Origin: Clostridia bacterium
GTDB lineage: Bacteria; Bacillota; Clostridia; Oscillospirales; QAKW01
Length of the DNA: 64,000 nt
NCBI GenBank assembly: GCA_017464525.1
Contig: JAFTZM010000034.1
Span: forward strand, 17,817-81,816
Direction: 5' to 3'
The stretch's first letter is position 1, and the number at the start of each line of letters is the position of its first letter. Shown piece by piece: positions 8,861 to 17,957 of the stretch. Position numbers and translations under genes: made by a program. Below the pieces are notes generated by a model. That model ran no database searches and was not told where the DNA came from. It saw only the letters and a program-made list of their open reading frames with translations.

Positions 8861-9528
8861 TTTTTTCGGGCGCCGATGGCAGTTTCTGCATTTTGCAGCA
8901 GATTAAAGAGAGAAGTGGCAAAAAGGGGATACTTTTCCCGGATGGTATTTTCATCCATGACCGGCAGGTTCTTCATCTTTTTCAGCCGCTGCTGGATCTC
9001 CACCTCCAGCTTCTTCATGGCCTGATCTCCCATAAGGGCAGCCACATCACGCTCCGCGCCGAAGAAGGTCTGGGGATTTTCTTCATTGCCGTTATACAGC
9101 CGGCGGAACATCTGGTATACGCTGATCTGCAGATACATGGAGACCTTATTGATCAGTTCCTTATCACCGGTGGAGCCTAAGATATCCTCCACAACTGTTA
9201 CAGAGTTGCAGATCAGTTTTTTATTTAAAACAGGCAGCAGGCTGCCGGGGCCCCGGTTACCCTGGCCGGCGGCATCCTCATCGGGGACCTCCTCCAGCAT
9301 GATGGCAGAGCCGTTACGCTCCAGGGAGCGGCCCAAAAGATAATCGGCAGAAACGCCGTAAAAATCAGCGGCACGCACCAAAAACAGCAGGCCGCATTCC
9401 CGGATCCCCTTTTCATAATGGGAAAGCAGCGCCTGAGAGACGCCCAGCGCCTCCGCCGCCTTTTTCTGGGAGAGCCCTGCCTCCTTCCGCAAGTGGGTCA
9501 GAACTCTGGGAAAATCCGATACAGCCAT
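8857..9528 (-). CDS. XRE-family HTH regulator with a ~150-aa C-terminal helical extension
   Basis: HTH LSQKKAAEALGVSQALLSHYEKG...FYGVSADYLLGRS. ATG at 9528 sits 8 nt after GGAGG; the ORF-track TTG at 9534 is less likely. Confidence 0.85.
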   Translation of the reverse strand: MAVSDFPRVLTHLRKEAGLSQKKAAEALGVSQALLSHYEKGIRECGLLFLVRAADFYGVSADYLLGRSLERNGSAIMLEEVPDEDAAGQGNRGPGSLLPVLNKKLICNSVTVVEDILGSTGDKELINKVSMYLQISVYQMFRRLYNGNEENPQTFFGAERDVAALMGDQAMKKLEVEIQQRLKKMKNLPVMDENTIREKYPLFATSLFNLLQNAETAIGARKK

Positions 9529-9734
9529 TTTCAAATGCCTCCTAAAAAATACAAAATGTAAAAAACACTATAAATCATTATATCGAAAATTATACCGAAA
9601 GTCAATCGTTTCGGCGGAATTTGCAAAACTTTGGCATAATGTAGAAATTCACATTTTCCCCTATATTTTTTTACAAATATATGGTAAAATAAAATCAGCA
9701 AGGATCCCAAATCAATTTAAAAGGAGTGACCTCG

Positions 9735-10250
9735 ATGAAAACGACGTATGTAACCAAGAAGATGACTTTGTCTGACCGTGAAAAGGAACTGGTAGAGAAA
9801 AAGCTGATGAAGCTGAACAAATTCTTTACCGACGAAGCCACCGCAGCGCTGACCTTTACTGTCGTTCGGGAGGAGGTCACCGTTGAGGTGACCGTGAAGG
9901 ATCACGGTATGCTCTTCCGGGGGGAACGCAGTGCCGTGGACAAAATGATGGCATTGGATGAGATCATCGATCTGCTGATCCGCCAGGTGCGCAAGAATAA
10001 GACCCGCCTTTCCAAGAGCCTCTATGCAGAGGAACCGGATTTTGAGCCTTGGGAGGACGGAGAGGACGATTACAATCTGGTGCGCACCAAGGAGGTATTC
10101 CTCCGGCCGATGGATCTGGACGAGGCTATCATGCAGATGAACCTGCTGGATCATAATTTCTTTATGTTTCTGGACAGCGACACCGACAAGGTAAGTGTGG
10201 TCTACCGCCGCAAGGACGGCCAGTACGGTCTCCTCCGCAGCGAGAACTGA
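9735..10250 (+). CDS. hpf: Ribosome hibernation-promoting factor, long form
   Basis: S30AE-type N-terminus plus C-terminal dimerisation domain (VRTKEVFLRPMDLDEAIMQMNLLDHNFFMFLD...VVYRRKDGQYGLL). ATG at 9735 follows AAGGAG. Confidence 0.9.
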   Translation: MKTTYVTKKMTLSDREKELVEKKLMKLNKFFTDEATAALTFTVVREEVTVEVTVKDHGMLFRGERSAVDKMMALDEIIDLLIRQVRKNKTRLSKSLYAEEPDFEPWEDGEDDYNLVRTKEVFLRPMDLDEAIMQMNLLDHNFFMFLDSDTDKVSVVYRRKDGQYGLLRSEN

Positions 10251-10270
10251 AAATAGTTTAATATAATAAA

Positions 10271-10312
10271 TGAAGGAAGGGGCTTTCGCTCCTTCCTTCA
10301 ATTTCTTTTTTA
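10271..10312 (+). terminator. Terminator after hpf
   Basis: TGAAGGAAGG...CCTTCCTTCA 10-bp stem followed by a T-rich run. Confidence 0.75.
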
Positions 10313-10331
10313 TTAAAATGAAAACCGGATT

Positions 10332-10532
10332 CTATTTGATATCCGTTCTTCCCAGCAGATAATCTACAGATGTACCGTAAAAATCTGCAAGTTGGATCAG
10401 GATAGAGGTGGGAATATCGTTTTCACCGGTTTCGTATTTCGAATACCCGGTCTGCGACATCCCAAGCAGCTTTGCGATATCCTTCTGCCGCAGATCTCGA
10501 TCTTCTCTTAAATCTCGAATTCGTTTGTACAT
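10332..10532 (-). CDS. Small XRE-family HTH regulator (66 aa)
   Basis: MYKRIRDLREDRDLRQKDIAKLLGMSQTGYSKYETGENDIP...FYGTSVDYLLGRTD. The internal ATG at 10532 gives the canonical length. Codon usage is A/T-richer than in neighbouring genes. Confidence 0.85.
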   Translation of the reverse strand: MYKRIRDLREDRDLRQKDIAKLLGMSQTGYSKYETGENDIPTSILIQLADFYGTSVDYLLGRTDIK

Positions 10533-10600
10533 CTCTTTCCTTGCTTTCGTATCAGCGTTGATATCTATATGGTAACCGATAACAAGAAAATTATTGATTT

Positions 10601-10619
10601 TTAACCTGAAACAGGTTAA
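10601..10619. promoter_or_regulatory. Perfect palindrome, candidate XRE operator in a divergent promoter region
   Basis: TTAACCTG-AAA-CAGGTTAA (8-bp arms) between the divergent genes 10332-10532(-) and 10652-10939(+). Confidence 0.5.
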
Positions 10620-10651
10620 CATAGCAGTATCTTATATTGGGAGCAACAAAT

Positions 10652-10939
10652 ATGGATAAAAAATGCGAATTTGACTATAACAACATTGATCTTGCTGACG
10701 ATCATGAGTTTGATGATATTCCTCCGGAAGAGGAGATCGATTATGAATTCAGCAAGAAATTCCGGCAGCGGATGAACCGGATCTTCCGGGAGCAATCAGG
10801 GAGCGAGCGCCCCTTACATCCGGAAGCAGACAATACATTTGAAAGACTACGAAGCAACATATATCGTCAATTATATTTGATGAAAAAACGAAAAAAGATC
10901 TCACATGAGACTGCCGAAAAAGAGTGCAGATTTCGTTGA
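10652..10939 (+). CDS. Hypothetical acidic protein (95 aa)
   Basis: ATG preceded by GGGAG. No recognisable domain. The EIDYEFSKKFRQRMNRIF segment is reminiscent of N-terminal regions of clostridial anti-sigma-like proteins. Possibly truncated. Confidence 0.5.
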   Translation: MDKKCEFDYNNIDLADDHEFDDIPPEEEIDYEFSKKFRQRMNRIFREQSGSERPLHPEADNTFERLRSNIYRQLYLMKKRKKISHETAEKECRFR

Positions 10940-11042
10940 AATGATCCCGACGGCGTATGTGATACGCCGAGCGGTCATTTCGACGGAAAGCAAAAAGAAT
11001 AGGGGACGATCAACGTCCCCTATTCTTTTTGCGGTCGGTGCC
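10926..11042. repeat. Dispersed intergenic repeat, copy C (3' module only)
   Basis: GCAGAT..CCCGACGGCGTATGTGATACGCCGAGCG...(AATAGGGGACG/CGTCCCCTATT terminator hairpin)...TGCGGTCGGTGCC. Homologous to 4311-4433. Confidence 0.75.
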
Positions 11043-11055
11043 GTTTTCGGCAGTC

Positions 11056-11781
11056 TCATAATAGTGTGAAAATTGCGGCGCAGATGCCGAATATTACAGG
11101 TTGATGGGCCAGATAGATCCACAGAGAATGGCGGCCGATCCATTCGATGGGTCGGATCCGGAAGGAATAGAACCATTCCGGGAAACGATGCTCCTTGACC
11201 GACGGGCCCAGATAGGTGCCTGCCAGGAAAAGGAAGAAGTAGGGCAGCAGCGGATAATAATCAGCGGAATAGAAGCCCTCCGGCATAATATCGATGACGG
11301 CCAGAAGGGTATCTGCCCAAGGCATCCCCCGGCGCTCCATCACCGCCAGGTAAAGCACAAACAGCGCCACCCCGGTCACCGCCGGAACCCAGCGTTTTTT
11401 GCAGGTAAAAAGGCCGTAGAGCAGCATGGAGAGGCCAAACATATGCAGGATCCCGAACCAGATCTCCAGGCCGGTCACGCCGATGGCGGGCAAAATCACG
11501 CCGGTCACCAGCGTGATCAGCAGAGCCGCTCCGCTTACGATCAGCCCCCGCCGCAGTACATTACGGGAATAAGCGGTACAGATCCCGCTGATCAGCAGAA
11601 AGATCCCCACAAAAACCTCCTGCAATACCCAGAACAGGCGGGTCTGCAGAATTTCAAAGGTGATATCATGGCCGAACATCCAGCCGGTCAGCTCCACGGC
11701 AAAAAGGGCATGATGCAAGATCATGCCCAATACGGCGATGCCCCGGAGCCAATCCAGGGCATGAACACGCTCCTTTTTCAT
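11056..11781 (-). CDS. DUF1624/heparan-alpha-glucosaminide N-acetyltransferase-like membrane protein
   Basis: 241 aa and polytopic. The N-terminal ALDWLRGIAVLGMILHH motif is typical of this acyltransferase-like family. Confidence 0.75.
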   Translation of the reverse strand: MKKERVHALDWLRGIAVLGMILHHALFAVELTGWMFGHDITFEILQTRLFWVLQEVFVGIFLLISGICTAYSRNVLRRGLIVSGAALLITLVTGVILPAIGVTGLEIWFGILHMFGLSMLLYGLFTCKKRWVPAVTGVALFVLYLAVMERRGMPWADTLLAVIDIMPEGFYSADYYPLLPYFFLFLAGTYLGPSVKEHRFPEWFYSFRIRPIEWIGRHSLWIYLAHQPVIFGICAAIFTLL

Positions 11782-12266
11782 CAGCCCTGCTGCTTCCGGA
11801 TGGATTTCCGGGTCTCTTCGATAGCAGCGCTGCTCTTACCCAGATTTTCCACCATGGCCTGGCTGGTTCTGTTCAGGCTTTCGGCGGTACGGGAAAGGAT
11901 GCTATCGCAATACTCCACGGTAGCGTTCTTCATTTCCTTTGCATTCTTCTGGGCCTGGGCAATGATCTCCTGGGCCTGCTGCTGAGCCTCCAGATAAATT
12001 GCCTCCTGGGAGACCAGCTTTTCGGCCTTGGCACGGGCGGTCTGGATGGTCAGCTCCGCTTCCTCACGGCCCTGCAGAATGATCTTATCCCGCCGGGCGA
12101 TGATCTCGTTGCTCTGGCGGATCTCTTCGGGCAGAGCGGTACGCAGCTCGGTGATCATCTCCTGCAGTTCATTGGTATCCACCACCCGCTTGCCGCCGCT
12201 CATGGGCAGGTTCCAGGCATCCTCCAAAAGGTCTTCCATAGCTACCAGAATTTCTTCGATCTTCAT
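11781..12266 (-). CDS. Hypothetical coiled-coil protein (ATP-synthase-b / V-ATPase-G-like composition)
   Basis: 161 aa, rich in E/A/Q/K heptads. Translationally coupled downstream of coaD (4-nt overlap). Confidence 0.7.
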   Translation of the reverse strand: MKIEEILVAMEDLLEDAWNLPMSGGKRVVDTNELQEMITELRTALPEEIRQSNEIIARRDKIILQGREEAELTIQTARAKAEKLVSQEAIYLEAQQQAQEIIAQAQKNAKEMKNATVEYCDSILSRTAESLNRTSQAMVENLGKSSAAIEETRKSIRKQQG

Positions 12267-12757
12267 CCTTTTATCTCCTTATGAATTCTATTTTTAATAT
12301 CCTCTGCCACCGCAGGATGGACAAAATCGGTAATATCCCCGCCGTTTTTGGCCACTTCCTTCACGATGCTGGAGGAAAGATACAAATATTTGGCATTGGT
12401 GGTCAAGAATAAGGTATCCACCTCACGGTTGAGTTTTTTATTGATGAGTGCCATCTGAAACTCATACTCAAAGTCTGTTACCGCCCGCAGACCCTTTACG
12501 ATGGCGATGGCATCATTTTCCCGAGCGCAATCCACTAATAGGCCCTCAAAGGTGATGACCTCCACATTGGTCAGATCGGGAATACAACGCTCCAGCAGCT
12601 CCATCCGTTCCTCGATGGTGAACATGGAATTCTTCTTGGAGCTATTTTTCAGCACCGCCACATAAACCTTATCAAATAATCGGGCAGCTCGGGAAATGAT
12701 ATCCAGGTGGCCCAGCGTGACCGGATCAAAGGATCCGGGGCAAATTGCAATTTTCAT
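12263..12757 (-). CDS. coaD: Pantetheine-phosphate adenylyltransferase
   Basis: MKIAICPGSFDPVTLGHLDII... contains the (T/H)xGH nucleotidyltransferase motif. 164 aa. Confidence 0.95.
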   Translation of the reverse strand: MKIAICPGSFDPVTLGHLDIISRAARLFDKVYVAVLKNSSKKNSMFTIEERMELLERCIPDLTNVEVITFEGLLVDCARENDAIAIVKGLRAVTDFEYEFQMALINKKLNREVDTLFLTTNAKYLYLSSSIVKEVAKNGGDITDFVHPAVAEDIKNRIHKEIKG

Positions 12758-12759
12758 GG

Positions 12760-13302
12760 TTACTCCTTCTCCAAAAGGGTGATCTTTACCGTACCCTGGC
12801 GGTATTCCTTCCGAAGGGACAGCCCCGCAAGGGGGACTTCCTCCTCCACGCCGGTCTCCACCGCCACCAGCGCTCCTTGCGTCAGCAGCGGCGCCAGCCT
12901 TACCAACGCATCGGCGGCAATTCCTTTTCCGTAGGGAGGGTCTAAAAAGATCAGATCGGGGCGTTTTTGCTCCCTTTCTATCATTTTAACACACATCGTA
13001 TAGTCGATGCAAGTTTCTTTTGCATTATTTTCAAAGCCGCAATCGGAAATATTGCGGTGCACCACCTTCATGGCGGCGGGGGAGGCATCGTTGAACCAGC
13101 ATTTTGCTGCTCCCCGAGAAAGGGCTTCCAGCCCCAACTGACCGCTGCCGGCAAAAAGATCCAGCACATAGCGATCGGCCAGTTCAAACTGGATGGCAGA
13201 AAAGAGCGCCTGCTTCATCCGCTCCAGGGTGGGGCGGGTATCCTCCCCCTCCAGGGTGGCAAGTTTTTTTCCCCGGCGGATGCCGGCGATGATCCTCATC
13301 AT
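12760..13302 (-). CDS. rsmD: 16S rRNA (guanine966-N2)-methyltransferase
   Basis: MRIIAGIRRGKKL...TRPT...LDLFAGSGQLGLEALSRGA...DPPY motifs. The start is at the ATG pair following GGAGAA. Confidence 0.9.
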   Translation of the reverse strand: MMRIIAGIRRGKKLATLEGEDTRPTLERMKQALFSAIQFELADRYVLDLFAGSGQLGLEALSRGAAKCWFNDASPAAMKVVHRNISDCGFENNAKETCIDYTMCVKMIEREQKRPDLIFLDPPYGKGIAADALVRLAPLLTQGALVAVETGVEEEVPLAGLSLRKEYRQGTVKITLLEKE

Positions 13303-13303
13303 A

Positions 13304-15097
13304 TCAATTCTCCTTATAATAATCAAAAACCGCCTCGGCCACTGCCAGGGGCAGGCCTGCCTTCTCCCGGATCTGCTGGGCGGTATCGGTACCGATGCCC
13401 TTAGGATAGGCTTTTTTGAACTTTTTGAGCCGTGCCTCCCCCATGCCGGGCAGATCCAGCAACGGGGAGCGGGTCATTTTTTTGGTATGCTTTTTCTTCA
13501 TATAGGTGATGGCGAAGCGGTGCACCTCCTCCTGGAGAGAGGCAAAGAAGGCATAGAGGGTGGGATCGCTCCTGAGATCTAGCTCCCCCTTGGCGGAAAC
13601 CAACCCCCGGGTACGGTGCCGGCGATCCTTCACCAGCCCGAAAAGGGCAATATCTCCGCAGAGATCCGCCACCGCATGGACGTGCTGCAGGCCGCCGTCC
13701 ATCAGGATCACATCCGGCTTGCCCCCGAACTCGGGGTCCTCCAGATGGGAAAGCCGACGCTCCAGCATCTGGCGGGTGGCGGCGTAATCGTCCTGCATAT
13801 ACTGATCCCGGATCTCGAATTTCCGGTAGGCACTGCGCTTGAACCGCCCCTCCTCCCACACGATCATGCCGCCCACCATGGACTCGCTGCCGAAATTGGA
13901 GATATCGTACATTTCGATGCGTTTCGGGGGCTCTGCAAGGCCCAGCGTCTGGGCGATGAGAATGGCGGTCTTGCGTGTCTTATCCCCCGCCGCCTCCCGC
14001 TCAGCCAATTTTTCCGAGGCGTTTTTACGGCAGAGGGCCAGCAGCTCGGTGCCCTTGCCCCGCTGGGGATACCGCAGGTGCACCGGCCCGCCCCGCAGAT
14101 CGGAGAGGTACTGCGCCAGCAGCTCTTCATCCTCCGGAGGCTCAGGCAGCAGCAATTCCTTGGGCAGTTGCTGCCCCCGGCGGTAATAGCTTTGAATAAA
14201 GGGCCCCACCCAGTTTTCCTCCAGGCCGTCCCGGAACACCACCGTATCCTGCATCAGCATCCGGCCGCCCCGGATCATGATCACCCCAACCGCCAGAAAT
14301 TCGCCCATACGGACGGCATCCAGCACATCCTGGTCGATATAGTCCTTGCCGGTGATGATCTGATTCTGCCCCAGCTTTTCGATCTTACGGATGCGATCAC
14401 GCAGGGAGGCCGCCTTTTCAAATTGCAGCGCCTCCGCCGCCTGCTCCATCCGCTGGGTCAGCTGATGGGTCAGGGCCTTATAGTCCCCCTTCAGGAAGTC
14501 CATGACCTCCTCCAGCCGTTCCCGGTACTGCTCCTTAGAGACCTTCCCGGTACAAACTCCCATGCAGCAGCCGATATGGTACCGCAGGCAAGGCCGCCCC
14601 TTTCGGAAGTCCCTCGGGAACTGCCGATTACAGGTAGCAAGGCCGAAGAGATCATTGGCGGTACGGACGATCTCGGCCGCCGCCCCCATCTGGGGAAAGG
14701 GGCCGAAAAGGCGTTTGCCCTCCCGGTTTTCCTGACGCAGCACCTTCAGGCGGGGGTAATCCTCCCGCAGATCGATGCTCACATAGGGATAGGTCTTATC
14801 GTCCTTCAAAAGGATATTATACTTGGGATTATGCTCCTTGATGAGCACATTTTCCAGAATCAGCGCCTCCATTTCGGAATTGACGCAGATATAATCGAAA
14901 TCTGCCACCTTTTCCACCATGGCCATCACCTTGGCGGTATGGCTTTTCACCCCGGTGAAATAGGAGGTGACCCGGTTTTTTAGATTCTTGGCCTTGCCCA
15001 CATAGATGATCTTGCCTTCTTTATTTTTCATCAGATAAACACCCGGCCGGGCGGTGAGCACCGCCAGTTTATCGGTTACTTTTTTGGGAAATTCCAT
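13304..15097 (-). CDS. uvrC: Excinuclease ABC subunit C
   Basis: 597 aa. GIY-YIG N-terminus (PGVYLMKNKEGKIIYVGKAKNLKNRVTSYF) and a C-terminal (HhH)2 domain. Confidence 0.95.
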   Translation of the reverse strand: MEFPKKVTDKLAVLTARPGVYLMKNKEGKIIYVGKAKNLKNRVTSYFTGVKSHTAKVMAMVEKVADFDYICVNSEMEALILENVLIKEHNPKYNILLKDDKTYPYVSIDLREDYPRLKVLRQENREGKRLFGPFPQMGAAAEIVRTANDLFGLATCNRQFPRDFRKGRPCLRYHIGCCMGVCTGKVSKEQYRERLEEVMDFLKGDYKALTHQLTQRMEQAAEALQFEKAASLRDRIRKIEKLGQNQIITGKDYIDQDVLDAVRMGEFLAVGVIMIRGGRMLMQDTVVFRDGLEENWVGPFIQSYYRRGQQLPKELLLPEPPEDEELLAQYLSDLRGGPVHLRYPQRGKGTELLALCRKNASEKLAEREAAGDKTRKTAILIAQTLGLAEPPKRIEMYDISNFGSESMVGGMIVWEEGRFKRSAYRKFEIRDQYMQDDYAATRQMLERRLSHLEDPEFGGKPDVILMDGGLQHVHAVADLCGDIALFGLVKDRRHRTRGLVSAKGELDLRSDPTLYAFFASLQEEVHRFAITYMKKKHTKKMTRSPLLDLPGMGEARLKKFKKAYPKGIGTDTAQQIREKAGLPLAVAEAVFDYYKEN

Positions 15098-15197
15098 GGG
15101 CAGGCCTCCTTTCGTTTTTTAATAGTATAACATAGATTTTTCTTGAATACCACCTCAAATTATGATAGAATAAGAAAAAAATACAAGGAGCTTCCCC

Positions 15198-15839
15198 ATG
15201 ATCAAACTCATTGCCTTCGATATGGACGGTACTCTAACAGATACCTCCCGGATGATCCCCGCTATTGTGAATAAGACCCTTGCCCATTACGGCAAGGGGC
15301 CTCTGCCTGCAGAAAGAATTCTCTGCCATGTGGGGCACGGGGCCCGCAATCTGCTGATCGGCGTGATGGAAGAATGCGGGTTTGAAGCGGATATCGATGA
15401 AATTTTTGCTTACTACGACAGTCTTTATGACGAAGATCCCTCGCCGCTGGTAGATCCTTATGAAGGTGTCAAGGAGATGCTGGCGGCACTGGGCGAAAAG
15501 GGGGTTCGCCGGGTGGTGCTTTCCAACCGCCCCCACAACCAGACCCTGCTCATCTGCAAGGGGGTGCTGGGCGGCTATCTGGACGAGGTCTACGGCCAGC
15601 GGGAGGGTATTCCCATGAAGCCGGATCCCACCGCCTTACATACCATCCTCCGGGATAACGGCGTTTCGGAGCAAGAGTGTCTTTACATGGGGGATATGCA
15701 TTTTGATGTGGATGTGGCCAAAAATGCCGGCGTCCGCTCGGTGGGCTGCGTTTGGGGGCTGGGCGGCTATGAGCAGGTGAAAACCGCCGATTTTGTCATC
15801 CAAAAGCCGCTGGAATTGCTGGATATATTGGAAAAGTGA
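15198..15839 (+). CDS. HAD-superfamily hydrolase (phosphoglycolate-phosphatase-like)
   Basis: IAFDMDGTLTDT motif I, SNRP motif II and GDMHFDVDVAKNAG motif IV. Confidence 0.85.
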   Translation: MIKLIAFDMDGTLTDTSRMIPAIVNKTLAHYGKGPLPAERILCHVGHGARNLLIGVMEECGFEADIDEIFAYYDSLYDEDPSPLVDPYEGVKEMLAALGEKGVRRVVLSNRPHNQTLLICKGVLGGYLDEVYGQREGIPMKPDPTALHTILRDNGVSEQECLYMGDMHFDVDVAKNAGVRSVGCVWGLGGYEQVKTADFVIQKPLELLDILEK

Positions 15840-15852
15840 GATGCGATGCATC

Positions 15853-16662
15853 TCACTTTTTTTCATAGATCAATAATGTAAACTCCGTGCGGGTGGTGAG
15901 GGTCTGATAGCTTTTCAGCTTCGCCTGATCTGCCGGAGAGGTGCGGTAATAATAGGGGGTCATCTGGAAAAGGGACAGGATCTCCCGGTTATTTTTCAAG
16001 GTGATCTCATCCTGAATAGGGCAGCGCTCCAGAAGAGTCAGGCCCGGCAGCTCCTCCGGCTCCGGCCGGTTGGGCTTGGGGGTCTCATACACCGCCGATT
16101 TCAATTCCCAGAGGTGGCAGTCCCCCGGCACTGCCCGAAAAAGGTGGCCGCCGGGCTTCAGCACCCGGGCATATTCCTCCGCCGCCAGAGGCGAAAAGAA
16201 GTTCAGCAGCCCATCCACGCTCCCATCTGCCAGGGGCATCTCATAGCAGCTGGCCACTGCCAGATGATCCATCCCCTGCCGCTTGGCCGCCCATTTGAGG
16301 GCTTCCTTGGAGATATCAAAGCCGATGACGGTGGCAACCGGCATTTTTGCCGCCACCCCTTCGGTATACCAGCCCTCTCCGCAGCCTGCATCGGCGATCA
16401 CGCCGTTTGGAACGGTGTAAAAATACACTTTTTCCACCAAAAGCCGCCGCAAAGGCTCATAATACCCCTGCTCTAAAAATTCCCGGCGGGCGGTGACCAT
16501 TTCCTTATCGTCGCCGTGGTTACGTTTGGAGGAGCGCTGGCTTTGCAGCAAATTCACATATCCCTGCCGAGCCCGATCAAAGGAATGACCCCGGCTGCAG
16601 CAATAGCGCTTTTCTTCCTTTTCCAATAATTCCCCGCATACGGGGCAACGCAAGATCTTCAT
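15853..16662 (-). CDS. rlmA: 23S rRNA (guanine745-N1)-methyltransferase-like
   Basis: Zn-finger CPVCGELL...CSRGHSFDRARQGYVNLL followed by a SAM-methyltransferase fold (DAGCGEGWY). Collinear with E. coli RlmA. Confidence 0.85.
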   Translation of the reverse strand: MKILRCPVCGELLEKEEKRYCCSRGHSFDRARQGYVNLLQSQRSSKRNHGDDKEMVTARREFLEQGYYEPLRRLLVEKVYFYTVPNGVIADAGCGEGWYTEGVAAKMPVATVIGFDISKEALKWAAKRQGMDHLAVASCYEMPLADGSVDGLLNFFSPLAAEEYARVLKPGGHLFRAVPGDCHLWELKSAVYETPKPNRPEPEELPGLTLLERCPIQDEITLKNNREILSLFQMTPYYYRTSPADQAKLKSYQTLTTRTEFTLLIYEKK

Positions 16663-17957
16663 GCCTTGGCCCCTCTTCTCTCATAGATCAGCGGTTGCGC
16701 CTCCGGCGGGCAGGCCCCAAAGGTCACCGCCTCCAGATAGCATTTTTCTGAAGGGGCAAAATCCCGGCGGCCGTAAAGGACCGCCACCGGCTCCCCGGCC
16801 TTCACCGCATCCCCGGTCTTTTTGAGGATCCGGATCCCCGCATCGTAATCGATGGCATCCCCCTTGGCGGCACGGCCTGCCCCCAACAGCATGGCGGCGA
16901 CCCCGATCCTTTCAGCGTTCATTTTGGTGATATATCCATCGGACGGGGCTGTTACGGCATGGCAAGGCACTTCTTTTTCCCGATCTGCCGCAAAAGCAGC
17001 CAGATCCCCGCCCTGCGCAGCGATCCACTCCTGCATTTTGGTGTAAGCCTTACCGGAATTCAAAGCATCCTCTGCCTTTTTCCGGGCATCCCCGGCGCTC
17101 CAGCCGTGGCAGAGCAGCAGCATTTCTGCCGCCAGCGCCAGGCAGACCTCCCGCAGATCCTCAGGGCCCTTTCCCTGCAGCACCTCCAGGACCTCTTCCA
17201 CCTCCAGGGCGTTGCCTACCGCCCTTCCCAAGGGGATATCCATATTGGTGATCAGGGCAGAAACATTCCTGCCGCAGGCTGCTCCGATCTGCACCATAGC
17301 ATCGGCCAACAGGCAGGCCTCCTTCCGATCCTTCATAAAGGCACCGCTGCCGGCTTTCACATCCAGCACGATAGACTTACTCCCTGCCGCCAGCTTTTTA
17401 CTCATAATACTGGAAGCGATCAAGGGAATGGAATCCACCGTGGCGGTCACATCCCGCAGCGCATAAAGCTTTTTATCGGCGGGGGCAAGATTTCCGCTCT
17501 GGCCTGCCACCACCAGCCCGATTCTTTTGGCCTGCTCCATAAATTCCCCGGCAGAAAGCTCTGTGCGGTAGCCGGGGATGGACTCTAATTTATCCACCGT
17601 GCCCCCGGTATGCCCCAAGCCCCGGCCGCTCATCTTCGCCACGACCCCGCCTAAGGAGGCCACGATGGGGGTAACGATGAGGGTGGTCTTATCCCCCACC
17701 CCGCCGGTGCTGTGCTTATCTACAGTCTTTTCCCCCAGAGCAGAAAGATCCACCTGATCCCCGCTCTCCGCCATGGCCATGGTCAAAGCGGCGGTTTCTG
17801 CCTGGCTCATGCCCTGAAACCGCACCGCCATCGCCCATGCAGACATCTGGTAATCGGCGATCTCCCCCCGGGTGTAGCCCCGGATCAGGAATTCGATCTC
17901 CTCCCGGGTAAGGGGAATGGCATTTTTTGTTTTTTCGATCAGATCTACGGCGCGCAT
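16659..17957 (-). CDS. pdp: Pyrimidine-nucleoside (thymidine) phosphorylase
   Basis: 432 aa with DKHSTGGVGDKTTLIV and SGRGLGHTGGTVDKLE motifs. Confidence 0.95.
   Translation of the reverse strand: MRAVDLIEKTKNAIPLTREEIEFLIRGYTRGEIADYQMSAWAMAVRFQGMSQAETAALTMAMAESGDQVDLSALGEKTVDKHSTGGVGDKTTLIVTPIVASLGGVVAKMSGRGLGHTGGTVDKLESIPGYRTELSAGEFMEQAKRIGLVVAGQSGNLAPADKKLYALRDVTATVDSIPLIASSIMSKKLAAGSKSIVLDVKAGSGAFMKDRKEACLLADAMVQIGAACGRNVSALITNMDIPLGRAVGNALEVEEVLEVLQGKGPEDLREVCLALAAEMLLLCHGWSAGDARKKAEDALNSGKAYTKMQEWIAAQGGDLAAFAADREKEVPCHAVTAPSDGYITKMNAERIGVAAMLLGAGRAAKGDAIDYDAGIRILKKTGDAVKAGEPVAVLYGRRDFAPSEKCYLEAVTFGACPPEAQPLIYERRGAKA

Noticed and set aside
8129-9025. 298-aa plus-strand ORF rich in P/Q/K/G (…PPEHQQQGPPPDPQ…).
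   Set aside because: It is antisense to the lipase and XRE genes, spans their junction, is of low complexity and has no start context.
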